A stretch of 64,000 nt of DNA, from the NCBI GenBank assembly GCA_002633005.1, contig NMRA01000287.1, positions 194,457-258,456 on the forward strand, in the 5' to 3' direction. The position numbers were made by a program, and so were the translations under genes. Shown piece by piece: positions 51,073 through 64,000 of this stretch. Each line of letters starts with the position of its first letter. The stretch's first letter is position 1. Source of the DNA: Phoronis australis (Eukaryota > Animalia > Phoronida). Below the pieces are notes generated by a model. It was given only the letters and a program-made list of their open reading frames with translations. It ran no database searches and had not been told where the DNA came from.

Positions 51073-53329
51073 CAAGAGATGAATAAAACAAAATCCCGGC
51101 ATCATTTTGCTCGTTTCCGGAGGATTTTATTGTTTAAAAAAGGAAGTATCTAAAAATTGAACACCATCGACCCGATTTTTAGAAACTAAAAAAATGATCA
51201 GGACCAACTGCTTTTTTGCCTAAACTAAGACTGATCGAGAGGCTGGTTGCTATGTCGGTTACATGGACAATGACCGTAAGAGAAGTTTCTAAACATGCGC
51301 GTTCACCACGTCGGTCCAGGTTCTCTAGATATCTTCTAAGTGCGCCAGTCATCCCATGACTTTCGGGGGCGTTTCTTTGTAGAACAAACTGCCTGAATCC
51401 ATTAGATGACAATGACCGCCGAGACAAAACTTAAGTACATGGTTTCGACTTTTCTAAGTGAAGTGTCAGATTTGTATCTGATATTCAGGTAACGTCTTTT
51501 GCATCATGTTGACAATCATTAGGGGTTTGACTATTTGCTCGTTTACATATGTTTTTAGTTCTAGGCCCTAATTCTGCCGTATGCCTCTCTTGATATCAGT
51601 ATGTTTCCGTAGCAGCCCCATCATTGACACAAACTTAGTTGAAGGCAGGACTGTACTTTGTTGTTAGACAGCTTAATGTATAGGCTACTAACTCGTAATC
51701 TCTATACAATCTCCCATCTTCAGGCGTGTGATTATGGAGCAAAACACCAAGAATCGTAATAGTTGGTGTATCTTGAGACGACATGTCTCATCATCAGGCA
51801 ATAAGTGAAACACGTAATGAACGTGGAGGAGGGGGAATAAAGAGTGAAATAAACGGTGACAGCAGGTAGAGGGCGATACAAGCAGAAAGTGTGATGTATC
51901 ACTCAATGGGAAGCCCGCTTAAGCCTAACAGAACACAGCCAGCGTGCGGCATATACCCGCGTGGGTTGCTCATATACACTGTCTAACATTGAAAATTACA
52001 GTCACCTGCCTTCAACAGAGTTTGAGTCTATACTTGTCTGAAAACAATTCTTTGCACATGTATTTTTTATCGGTAACTTGTATTCGTGTTAAAGTGTTCT
52101 TTTGTTGTATCTGCCCACACCCAATTAACATTAAACGTTTGACAGACTACCGTACTTAGTACTAGACTATGATGTCACGTGAGACCATACAACTCCAGTT
52201 TTATAACGGTATTACATGCATAGATTGAAAAGCTCTTAATTTTTGGCCGGTGTTACGTAATCGATGAGATCTTCATCCTCAGCATATCCGCTCAGTTCTG
52301 CCGAGATTTCTGCACAAATACATGAAAATGGCAAAAACGCCACCTGCTCACAAGTATTGCGTGTCCCCATCACATAGCCAAACTCCGCCCCCCGCCCCGC
52401 CCCAAACACGCGCGCCCCGTGCTCCGATGCAGGACCGTAGTCACGGTTGCATTTCAGGTCAAATCACTCTTTCGTTTCTAGAACTACTTATAAACATGTT
52501 AAAATTTAGCTCAGATAAAAGAAAAATCTTATTGATTATATTGTCCGACCGGACCAAAATAACCGGCTTATTTTTCAACGTCACATCGTGAATCTATTAT
52601 GATATAATTACTTCAATACATATGTCACTGACCATCTTCGTAAATTTGATATTTTGAAACAAGTACTTTTGGTTTTCTATTTCAATTTAGCCTGAAAATT
52701 TCAAAGCGTAACTGACGCACACGCGACACTGGATATGACGAAGCTGCTTAAGTTTTTTAAGAGCAAACTCCAATAAATTTGGTGACTAATAGATTAAATC
52801 TGTAGTTAATTAATTCAAATAATTACTTTACTTTTCCTTTACCTGTCATGACTCATAATCTATTTCAATTTCAACGGGCATTCATTGAGTCAGAAGTAAC
52901 TTTGAGACAACCTCTTGAAATCCTGACAGCTGACCGCAACCCCTGGACAACATCGACAACAGAGATTTGACCGGCGTGAGCACACTATTGACCGTCGGTC
53001 AGCAGACCATTGACTCCAGCTAGAATGACAAGCGGAAATTAAACCGTCGTGACCGTGTTCACTGAACCTTGGCAGCGAACTGTCACTAATTATGTTGACT
53101 GCTTTAAATTAGTGTGCAGTTTCGAAGCAATTAAAGCTGAGCTCGGCTTTCGACAATAAAAGACGCACCTTCTCTTTCGTGATTTCGTTGAAAAGCCTAT
53201 CACACAACATTACAAATGCTAGTTTTGTGTCTTACCCAGGGTAGATCTACTAGATGACCAAATTGTTTAGTTGCATGAACCCAGGACATTAACCTACATG
53301 TATCGAAAGGAGAACAATCACAAGATGTT

Positions 53330-54570
53330 TCAAATGCTAATTTAACACTCAGAACGTGAGCACACTACAGTATAACATGCCCAAAACATTGTGCGGGGTA
53401 AAAATTGACGCTGCAATTGTATGTACTTGAATTTCATTCATTTTGACCTTTGCAGCCACTCCTAATCATCTCCAGTATGCAATAAGGGCGAGTTGGACAC
53501 CATGCGGAATTATAGATGGTGAGAGTGATTTGCTCATGGCATCTTTCTTCCATTTATAGTCCTCTGCATCTAGTGCTGGTGACACCGACTGGTAATGGGC
53601 TCTGTTTACGCATACATGTATATTCCCCGTGAGTGCCTCTGTGCTCAGTGACAGTTTGGGAGCGGACATGTATCCCTTGCCGTTTTTCTTCCCTATACTA
53701 GCAGTCTAGTTCCTGACATATTCCTGATTCTCTTCACTAAATAACTTGCACACATACATTTAGTGGCCTGTTTTATAACATCAAGAAAATGTGCAAATTT
53801 AATCGTGCCGATGGCAGACAGTTCATGTACAGCCTTCAAAATTTTAACGATGGATCCAGTTCCAACTCCAGTAGTAGACTCCCACTGTGTTACACCCCAG
53901 AGCGCATGGGCAGGGTGGATACCTTCGCAATATCGCAACGACTGTTCTACGCTTACGAAGTGATTTCATGGTTGCGGTATTTGAAGCTCGCCAGTGCCTG
54001 GAACATTTTTTGTCATCCGAAACTACCTAAAAGTTGTTAAGTTCCCATGCATTTTTCACGTCCTGTTGTACAATAATGGAGCCGACTTCTTCATGAGATG
54101 TCTTAGGACAATACCTGCTGCCAATATCCTCCTTTTAAAATATTAAGGGACAGGGATCTTCATCAGTGATTACCTAGTTGTGTTCCTTACGTACTGCTAG
54201 CCTTTCTCGAAGTCTGATAACATTGCCTGTCCAATGCACATTCTTTCATGTACATTAACTGCGTTGGAGTAGCAATCCTGTCGGTGCTAATGTTCACTAC
54301 AGCATCTTTGAGATGGACCTTAGAATCCAATAGATCGATGCTGGTATGTACTTTTGACAGATTTGTGCAATATCCTGGGCGTCTGAATCAGTGTGATAGG
54401 TTTCAATACAAGATCTAATTTTACCGCTCTCCATCTCTCCAAAATCTGTTTCAATGTTGTAGGACAAACGGCAACTTGTGTCCAGAGCTTAAAGGAGCAT
54501 GCCACCCAAAAAACAACCTAATTTGTATCGATTTAGATCGAGTAGTTCTACTCCATAACTACACGTACGG
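53330..54570 (-). pseudogene. Decayed Academ-like (XPG/PIN nuclease-bearing) DNA transposon ORF
   Basis: Frameshifted fragments occur in the expected order: SHEEVGSIIVQQ (HEEADT-like, about 54090); IHPAHAL(W)G then G.G.GSIVKIL (HALxGCDT/H3TH-like, about 53900); TEAL...HV..RAHYQ...DAEDYKW (about 53600); then a Cys-rich tail. The superfamily call rests on remembered motifs, not a search. Confidence 0.6.
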
Positions 54571-56289
54571 TTGCGTTACCTGACACCTGACGGCAGACGG
54601 AGGTGTTCAACAATCCAATGATGTCATCGGTGTCACACGCAGTCTGTTCAGCAGTTCTCAACACGGGTTACTGGTGTCAGCTTATCGCTTGAAGTCATCA
54701 TTTAACACCAATAAATCATCAAACTTCGATGTAAAACCCTTAAAAATACACCGAGTTCTTATAAAAACATGTTGTTTTATTTCGCTCTTACGGATTTATT
54801 GGTTTTTGGACAAACCTCAGCCTACAAAGTTCGGCAGGCCAATAAGGTCCGTAGCAGGAGTTTGGGGTCTGTTCGGAGATAATTTCGAAGTATTTTCCGT
54901 GAGATACAAACACGAGAACTTTGATCTGTGTTGTTTAGACTTGTGATTTTTTGAGTTCTAAACACAAAACGCTTGTTATCCTGGCCAGTGGCTCGGAGCC
55001 CGATCAGGCCCGTCGCGGCCGGCTGGATTGACTCATCCCCGCCAGTGGCTCGGAAACTGATCAGACATCACGAACATAAACCAGCCAAAGTTCAGTGGAA
55101 ACTAAACTTGCAGTCAAGAAAATACTATACTAGTGAGCCAAAGTAATGTGCGCGTGATTATGTTGGTGAATTTGGCACGAAACTGCAAATCTACTTACTC
55201 GCCGGGGGCCGCGAATTCAGGTTCCGCTTTGGCCACAGCACCGTCAGGGCAGAAGTTGTACATTGACAATCATTATTTGAGTAATGTAAATGTAAATAAA
55301 GATTCCCCTAACACCTGGCCGTGGGATGGAAATCGAGTTGTTTCACAACAGTTTCTGCCAGCAAACAATAAATTAGCATGAGCTCAAACGGCCTCGGTGT
55401 TCCGTCAAAAAGTAAAGCCGGTAACGCAGTGATTTATTCATTGCTGGCTTCTCAAATCATTTGCACTCACGAACACTCCAAAGGTATTACAAATTGCATC
55501 TAATGAGACAGACTTTGTTTCAGTTTTATATAAGTATTGGTTAGGATGAGAATAATTCATTTTGAAACAGAACGCTCAGTAATAAACGCCAACATGCCAA
55601 CTCGCAATCCCGACTTAGGACTAGTTAGGACTTCGCAGGTGGATCGTTAAGTTTTACATGCTATCAATTCGAACAGGAATACAGTGATGAAGAAATACTA
55701 AAGAGGTACCGTGAACAAGCTCAGACAACGGAACGTATGGAGTTATTTTGTAAGCCGGCATTCGTCAGGCACTGTCGACGTCTGCAGACCACAGACACGG
55801 AGATGTTTCACGGCCTCATACTTGCTATTTACAGCCTACATTTCATTCTTCACCGTGACTACGATGAGCTACTTCCTAAGCATTTCAGACTCTCGAGGAA
55901 GTAAAAAAAAAAACGATATACCCGCTTTCCTCGCAGCTGGTTAGTTCGGACAAGCGGGAACGATGCACCGCAACATAGCGGCATTCATTCTGCATATGAA
56001 CCACTGACGTCGCTAGCGTAGTTTCTCACCTTCCTCACAGGTTAACGCGACACCTCTTGGCAAGGTAAGGTCGACCGTATGCGAGGAGATGTGGATATAG
56101 ACCGATTAAGACGACAAAAAAGACTAATTAAATCGGGTGGCATTCTCCTTTAAGAGTCTCTTCTTAGAGGACAATTCGCTACTATTTACCCCGCCACTAC
56201 TGTATTCGTACCTCATGAATGTAGAACCTATAAACTGATCGCTCCGAGCTCCATTCCAGCGTTCACCCAGGTCATTAAACTAATCTGCG

Positions 56290-57458
56290 ATGGTCTGTGG
56301 GAGCGCAGGGCAATAGGCAACATTTTTTTGGAATTTAAGATCTCAAACTGCAGAGCACACACTACACAAAATATTTTCTAACTTCATCTTCAAAAAAGAG
56401 ATTCTGCAAATTTATCACAATACAACCTGCAAACAGATTTCATTAAATTCATTGACCACAGAAACATGGGACGGTGCAAATATTTAAGCCCTGGTGTTTG
56501 ATGCAGCAAATATAAGCAAAAGTACACTTTTGAATATGGCAGCTGTACTTCGTGTAAATTATCAATTATATAAATTCCTGATGACCATAAAAACATCAGA
56601 TATATTCGAAAATAATTCACATGTAATACCCGTAAGGAAATTATGAGGAGAAGCAGTATTTGGAATACCTTTGTTGGTATAAATTATGCAAATTCATCAT
56701 GCAACAACTTGAAAACTGATTTCAATACATTATTTGACCACAGAAACATGGGTGCATACGTTAAAATAGTTTAATTTGGGTGCCTGGTATTTCAGCTATA
56801 AGCAAATTTAAAATTTTGAATAATGTTGGCCTTAATTTGCATGCAAATTCACAATGTCGTATCCACCAGCGAACGAGGTCCATTAAATTCACTAATCATG
56901 GAAGCATAGAAGAAGACATTAAAGTAACCTGTCTGAAGTGCTTGATAAGGGCGTTATAGGCAAAAATGTAATTTTGAATAATGGTGGCCTTAATTTGCAT
57001 TATTTATGCAAATTTATCATCGAACAACATGCAATCTGATATCATTCAACTAATTGACCATAGGAACACAGGTGCAAATATCATGATAATTCACCTGTGA
57101 TGATTGGTACCATAGCTATAAAAGGACTAAAATTTTGAATAATGGCGGTTTTAATGTGCATAAATTATGCAAATTCACTACATATCCCCCCAAAACTTGC
57201 ACTATTAAATTCTCTGACCATGGAAACATGGATGAAAACATCAAAAAAATCTGCTCGCAGTGTATAGTAAGGAAATATAAGCAAAGATAGAATTTTGCGT
57301 AATGGCGGCTTTAATTTGCACATTTAAAAATGCTCAATGGTTGCTAACGGTCACCCCCTAAATCATGATTACTTATGCTTAGACGACAGCAAAGAAAAAA
57401 AACTTTGTATAGCAAATCCTGGTTAATTAAAAAAACAGCATTTGGCTCCCGGGCCATA
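56290..57458. mobile_element. Non-autonomous DNA element with internal about 150-bp tandem subrepeats rich in octamer motifs
   Basis: Recurring TTGACCA(C/T)(A/G)GAAACATGG and TTTTGAATAATGG.GG..TTAATTTGCAT; weak terminal symmetry ATGGTCTGTGGGAGC / GCTCCCGGGCCAT. Confidence 0.6.
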
Positions 57459-57613
57459 GGACCAGTTCTTAGGTGATGGTGTCTGTTTTCTCAAATTTCA
57501 TTCATGTCCTTCGTGAGACAAGAACAGTGGTTGAGAGACGCATAGAAACTGCGTAGGCCTAGTCACCAACCTGCTGTTTTCCGTCAGTCAAAGTTTGGAA
57601 GCATATGTATTCA

Positions 57614-57725
57614 ACTGATCTCACCCACATTTATTCAACCATGAAACTGATCTCACCCACATTTATTCAACCATGAAACTGATCTCACCCACATTTATTC
57701 AACCATGAAGCTGATCTCACCCACA
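57614..57725. repeat. 32-bp tandem repeat, about 3.4 copies
   Basis: Unit ACTGATCTCACCCACATTTATTCAACCATGAA. Confidence 0.9.
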
Positions 57726-59129
57726 CAGCTACGTATATACGAGTAGTTTTTTGAAAGTTACGTAAACACAAGTGTAAGGCTTAAAATTTTCATTTATAAT
57801 CGCAGAACACTCAGAAACCAAAAGGTACTTATTTGCGTAAAATACTGTAAGCTGCCTTCAATACTCAAAATGCCTTGTTGAAAATCTTTTAGCATGTAGT
57901 TCGATAGGTTGACGAAAATGATTCTAGATGGGGGTTGAAAAGATCTTTGCAGAGGCCAAACTACTCCCGGCATCCACCTATAGGGCCACAGGTCGGTGCG
58001 CATAAAGAATATGACCTGTACAATTGTCTGGTTTCTTGACTAATTTTGCAGGGAAATCGCTGGTTGTCTGGGACCGTTGCTCAAGTATATCACTTGATAA
58101 ACAAAAACGTCAAAATAACAATGAAGCAATGAAATTTGGCTTGGTTTGATAGCCACAACACTCAATCAAAACTCGAGCAGACTGCAGGAAAATAGCCGGA
58201 AATTAGTTTTAGTTTAGAATTGTCAGTGGCTCATATCTAAAGTTTCTCTTTTTGTTAGAACACGGGATTGCAGCATCTTCTTGATTCACCATTGTACAAA
58301 GCAATTATTGACATTTCCTCTCGCCATTAGGACATTGTATAAAGTTAAAATAGTGAACTGCAGTCATGTGTTGAGCGAAACGTTTTCTTAAAAAACTGTT
58401 TGTATTAGGCATATCAGGCATACGATTGCAAGAGTGATCAATAACTACGTTGTAAATAAGCAATATCGAAATTGGAGAATAGTATGTAATATGGCATGCG
58501 ATCAATGAAAATCCTCATGAGCGTAACACTAATCAATATAGATACAAAAAGTTTCGTTACAAATAAATGCACACCTGCAAAGAATACACAAGTAATCGTT
58601 GTTAATTTAGCAGCTTATATCGTGTTTCGAACTTTGTCGGTCGGCGTATATTTTGTGCATTCAGTGCAATGAGTAAACTGCTAGGAAAGCAAGTACAACG
58701 ACGGGGGTATCGCTTTTAAAGCATGTTGATATTTATCCAAAATGCGACCTGGCTTCTTTTGTAAGAAACTTGGTCCGAGGTACGCAGTCCTGTATTTTAT
58801 TGCCAGTTGATTCGTGAGGATTTTCGGTACTGTGTATGTCGGTATTAGGCAAATCTTAAGCTGACAAGATTTGCACGCAAGTGCACGAGAAAGCGTGCAA
58901 TGCTGTCCGTCGAAATCATGGGCTCATCAAAGGCTTGATGGCGCTGACACGGATTAAAGTGAGGTACTGGCTATTTAGGGCTTGAAGAGTGAACTCGCGA
59001 ACATGTATAGACCGGCAGCCCAGTGTACATAGCATAGATAGAGTCTACCTCAGTATGTACAGAAATGGACGTCTGCCGTCGTCTGCACTCTGGGTGTGAC
59101 CCCTTGGGAACTTCAAAGGAGCCAAAAAA

Positions 59130-59900
59130 AAAGAGCTAGACTAGATATTCGCGGTACAGGCCAAAACGGATTTAAAAAGAACAATAGCACAGCACTGAAC
59201 ATCGAATGACCCACGCCGGACAAATTTCACTCCGGAATGGGTCCGGCAGAAATCATAAAACACTCTGGATTGTGCCCGGCAGAAACCCCCAAAAATCTCA
59301 ACCACGCTATGACATCAAAAATTTGAGCCAGTAGACTAGATATTCGAGGTACCGGTCCAAACTGATTTAAAACGAACAATAGTACAGCACTGAACCATGA
59401 ATGACCTATGACAGACAAATTGAACCCTGGAATAGGTCCGGCAGAAACCAAAAAAGGACCCCCCCCCAACAATGAGCTAGCACGTGCATTCGAGGTACCA
59501 CTAAAAACCAAATCCATGTGATTCAATACATGTCAATGGTCACTAAATGCCCTATGACAGATAAAATACACTCTGGATTGTGCTGGACAGAAATCTTCAA
59601 AAATCACAACCAGGGTATGCCATCGAAATTTTGAGCTACATTAGAGGTACCGGCTAAAACTGACTTAAAACCAATAATCGTGTCGCACCAGATGACCGAT
59701 GACAGATAAATTGTGCTCTGGAAAGCGTTCGCCAGAAACTCAAAATGACATCCTAAAAGGGAGCTAGATCATCATTCGAGCCCGGTACCACAATAAAAAA
59801 TTCCATGTGATTCAAATAGAAGGTACTGGTTACTAAATGCCCTATGACAGATAGAACCCATTCTAGATTGTGCTCGCCAGCCCCAGAAATCTCAACCACG
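59130..59900. repeat. Complex degenerate tandem repeat (about 100-300-bp nested units), probably TE-internal
   Basis: Recurring GAGCTAG...ATTCGAGGTACC, CCTATGACAGA(T/C)A and CTCTGGATTGTGC....CAGAAA blocks. Confidence 0.6.
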
Positions 59901-60476
59901 TAATTGTGAAAATATGCGACATATTAGATAATGAAGATATAGGTTAAAGCTTTGTAGAGTTTCGTAGAATGAAGGATTTCAATAATGAGGTGTTGTGAAC
60001 ACGTGCTTCGGTTCATGTCGAATTCCTGTATTTCCGTAATACTTTTGGGTCTACTGTGCCCTCATACTGAGTGTCAAATTGATGTTGGCGGAAAGTAGGC
60101 CTAAGCATTTCGGAAAGTAGGGATACAAAGAACTGTCTGAAACCAACCCATTAAGTGATGTTTAAGACCGCAGTTAGTGTAGTATAATGAGCTATCGAAA
60201 CTGCCAGCAGGAAAGATACGTCAGCGGCAACACATGTCCCCAAAATTTGCGCTAGATCGAGGAACCACAAAAATGGTTTCATTCCATTGGGTACTAAACA
60301 ATACGTTGAAAGAAAAACATCTGTGTTTCTTTAATCCAAATAAAGTAGAAATAACAAGACTTTCAAACAGCAACCCATAAACTTATTACAGCATAATAAC
60401 AGACAACTAAAATCACTGCATCGACGAGAACATCACGCTACTATATCTTAAACGTCATAGCAGTTTCCTGTTAGTC

Positions 60477-60833
60477 TTAATACGTTTCAATATCCGAATC
60501 GTCTCTGCTACGCCAGCTTAACTCGGGTTCGCTTGTTTCGTCGTAGCCCATTTCCTCTACTTCTTGATCGGCTTGGTTTTCTTGTAAAAAACCAGCACAT
60601 TCAAAAGGGACATCAGCGACGACAGATCAACAACACCATGTGGGAGTATAATATCCACCTTGTATCTTCCAACTGTAGTTCTGAGGATCCAAACCGTTTC
60701 CAGGATCAGTCGAATCCGCTTGACCCCAGAGCATGGCAACATAATAGGCTCGTTTGAGCTTGTTCAATAGTGTCTGTCGGCAAGGAGGAAGCCATGTGCA
60801 GTCGATCTTGTGGTGTTGAACATCAGCTTTTCC
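60477..60833 (-). pseudogene. 3' terminal fragment of an Academ-like transposon ORF
   Basis: LPPCRQTLLNKLKRAYYVAMLWGQAD...DPQNYSW...YYTPTW (LPP..L....RA.Y....W..P...W motif), an in-frame TGA, then an acidic tail to TAA. Preceded by the acceptor-like TTTATTTCAG. Confidence 0.55.
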
Positions 60834-61373
60834 TGAAATAAATAGTGAAAAAAATTTATTGACGTGGGACCAATTGTCTAACAGCTGACGAACAAAAACA
60901 TAGAACCTGAACACCACTTACTGTCTTTTAAATATCAACTGAGACTGGGCCTTTTGGTTTAATACCATGGAAACATTTGAAATTATTTTCGTTGGTTTAT
61001 CAACTATATTTTATCAATTACAGTTATCATCTTGTTTATTTTTCCGGTGATCTCGATTAATTTCAGATATCTCACTTCATTAACATCTTTGACTCCTCCC
61101 TTATCAATGCATTGTCATTTGAGTTGGCTAAGTGGAAGGCAAGAAGCGTGTCAGCTTCTTCGTAGGAGCCTTGGAAATCCGGTGGTGATCGGCTGCCATG
61201 GAACCACTGCACGAAAGGCGAATACAGTTTCCGCCGTGTGAGTTACTAAAAGTATCAATCGACTATTATATTGTTTAGAAATTAATTATGTATGATGTTC
61301 TTTCGCGGAGTAGGAGATCGAACCTTTGTTTATCCATTACATAGCTTCGCCTACATGCAGGTTCTACGGCGCT

Positions 61374-61718
61374 ATGTGTAGGCCTACAATGTTCTTGGTA
61401 GCTTTAGCCATTCTGTGGTCGTTGCAGTGGCACCTCATTACCACAAGCGAGACGTGTCAATGGACGACAAACAACGCACTAACTTTATTTCGATATATTT
61501 CAACTAAACCACGATACGGGCTTTTGTTGGAGGAAATATCGACAACATGGTACACTCGATGCCTTGGTGAATGTCTGAAGAGAAAACGCTGCGATACTGT
61601 GACGCATGACGGCTTTCTTTGTCGTCTGTTTGAACTACAGGGACCAATTCAGTCGGATCCTAACTCGCAGATCTTGACAAAGTACACCACAGTAGCTGAA
61701 CGAGCAATAGCAAGCTAC
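61374..61718 (+). CDS. First coding exon of a secreted PAN/Apple-like domain protein
   Basis: Hydrophobic signal peptide MFLVALAILWSLQWHLITTS; Cys pattern CLGECLKRKRCDTVTHDGFLCRLF typical of PAN/Apple; perfect donor TAC|GTAAGT at 61719. The start could be 61374 or 61389. Downstream exons were not identified. Confidence 0.7.
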
Positions 61719-62319
61719 GTAAGTCAAAATATGAGGTTTATGTCCAGTTCGACTACAGTGTTTTACAGGAGATTTGCTTAGGGTTTTCATTCCTTTATCT
61801 CCGCCACATTAAAACAGGCAATAGACCCAAGTATGATCAAATTAAAAATATCGCCAAAATTGTAAACTTTAAACATAAACCTGTGTTTACAACGGGCGTT
61901 TTAGGACAAATGACCAACAGAAGGTAATGATGAACGCTTTAATGAATATGTTTCCATAAATATATATATATATATATATACAAACAAACGGCTATACCTT
62001 AAATCTTCGTCTTCTGTTTCTATATGTTTATGGAAATATGTTTATCAAAGCCTTCATTTCAAACCGTTTGCAATTAGGTTTTAATAACTATTAATTAAAA
62101 AAAAACAACACTTCATATTTGATGACTATATTGTTAGTGTATTAGATACTAATTGGCCAATCGTATTTATTTAGAAAAAAACAATGTTCAATTCAAATAG
62201 GATTGCTTATTTTCATCCCATCGCAATTGTCATGGTTTGCAAACAATAGGTTATTAATGTTTCAACACTGCATGATATGATGGTGGATATTCAACAGTTT
62301 GAAAGCCATACGTCATAAC

Positions 62320-63440
62320 ACGGGCGTAACTTATGGGGGTGTCGGGGGTGTGATACTCCCCAATAATTTTCGATTTAGTAGGGCAAAAGCAGGAAAAGCA
62401 GGGCAACGACAGAAAAATTGGCCTAACAGTTTCATTCAAATATTAAAGGCTTTCAAGGTAGGATTTTATTCAAAACCTTGTACCATGAGGACTTTCGTCG
62501 ATTTGTGGCTGTCACTGGGTTTTATCTTTCTTTTTATTCGCAAGAAATGAAAAACCGACGGAAAACAAGATTTAATTTTCACTTTTGACGCGGTCACGCT
62601 GAAATACGATTTTTTTGATTTGATTTGTGATCTAGAAAAAGGCAAAAATTAGGACAACGGAGCTACAGAAGGAAGATCTTAATATCCCGGATACATTGAG
62701 ACTAATCAACATAACTGTTTCATCGATCGAGACAATCAGGTATTCCACAATGGAACGGAATGTTCAGATCGATGCAGGGAACCGATTTGCAAGACCTTTT
62801 TTAAAGTACCGAGAAAGAGTTTGCAAACAAATGGGCGAAGCGTGTACAAAAAAGGTTAGACCAGTGCGCTAAATTCAACAGCTCTGGGTTTAAACGAAAC
62901 ATACCGAAGATGGGTGATTGAGGTTCCGTATCCTCGATACGCAGGCCAGCGAGTACATAAGACGTTGTCTTTCCCATATTGAACCTCTAGCTGAATTATT
63001 TCAACAACCTCTTGCAATCCCTACAGAAGAGGAATTCTCGGCAATTTACGAGCTCTTCCCGACATCGGTTAGTATCGACAAAGCAAACATGGAAGCTGAG
63101 TGTGATATCTTCATCAAGCTGTGTGCGTCCTTGAAGCCACCTCTTGACACGGTTAACGGCGTGTGTAACTTTGATTTCAAGAATAAAGGGGTCTTCCCGT
63201 GCATTCGCCAAGCTGAAAGGCTGCTTTACACCGCCCGTTAGTGTGGCAAAAGACGAGAGAACTTAAGCAAAATAAAAAGTGTCAAAAATTGCTTCTGTTC
63301 AACTATGAATGGCGACAGACTGGGGGACCTGATTGTCCTGGCAAGTGAAAGATATTTGACAGATAGCATAAACGCTGAAGCCACAATCGACGTCTGTAGT
63401 AACTAAAAGATCAGGAAGTTAAAGGCAAAGATCGCTAGTT
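62320..63440 (+). mobile_element. Decayed hAT DNA transposon (ZMYM1-like transposase C-terminus, dimerisation domain)
   Basis: 62918-63241 ORF ...VFPCIRQAERLLYTA, then frameshifted (P)VSVAKDER..SKIKSVKN.F.STMNGDRLGDLIVLASE, matching the hAT dimerisation motif. hAT-like GC-rich terminus GGGCGTAACTTATGGGGGTGTCGGGGGTGTGATACTCCCC at about 62322. Confidence 0.8.
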
Positions 63441-63924
63441 GGTAACGTGTCAATGACTTCTCAAAGTCTACAGGTCTTTGAAAACTTTGTTTGACTGTAC
63501 GTTTTCTCACAATAAATGTTTTCATCCTGGAAATGTTTATGATTAAGCTGACTGTCTGACAAGATGGCTTCGTTGAATTACCTCCAACTGAAGCATAGAC
63601 TAGCAATTACTGTAAAAAAGCCATTGTTGTTATTCGTTGACTAATTTTTATAATATAACTGTGTCCTCTATCTTGGCTTTCAGAGAATTTATAGGTGCAG
63701 ATGTACCAAAATGTAGGGCAAAAGTACCAGTTTCACTCCTGCACAAACATGAGATTTTGTTTGGATTGAAATTCCTTTTAATTAATTATGTAACTTCATA
63801 AAATGAAACAGAATGTACTGTAAGGCGAGACTGAAGTCGGTGGTGAATTGGAAGAGATATTAGTGATCACAATAAAGTGGTGTTGGTGACGAGACGGGAA
63901 GTGATATTAATGGCGACACGGGAG

Positions 63925-64000
63925 CGACATCGGTGACGACCCGGGGTGACATTGGTGACGACCCGGGGTGACATTGTTGACCATCCGGGAATGATATTAG
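63925..64000. repeat. 22-bp tandem repeat at the window end
   Basis: Unit GACATTGGTGACGACCCGGGGT. Confidence 0.75.

Overview
AT-rich, intron-rich animal genomic DNA from a draft assembly with N gaps; the repeat types suggest a marine invertebrate, which is an inference. Two genes could be reconstructed exon by exon. (1) RPL15 on the + strand has three coding exons (17748-20433, 204 aa) and a probable non-coding 5'TOP first exon at about 13901-13933. (2) A 13-exon prolyl 3-hydroxylase/leprecan-family gene on the - strand (47209 to 21890, about 710 aa) has the HxD...H...R 2OG-Fe(II) motif and a C-terminal KEEL, and converges tail-to-tail on RPL15. Also present are an unidentified acidic coding exon (5674-5976, -) probably belonging to a gene head-to-head with RPL15, the first exon of a secreted PAN/Apple-like protein (61374-61718, +), decayed Academ-like and hAT transposon remnants, many MITE/foldback and HINE-like elements, and minisatellites. 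The most unusual signal is in the P3H gene, where three separate splice junctions are tandemly duplicated. Exon 5 has seven in-frame donors (39-nt unit). Catalytic exon 10 has five 45-nt donor copies, with a stop in copy 3. The last-exon acceptor is duplicated with a 35-nt period, so acceptor choice would switch the KEEL ER-retrieval tail on or off. All coordinates were read by eye; no alignments or database searches were run.
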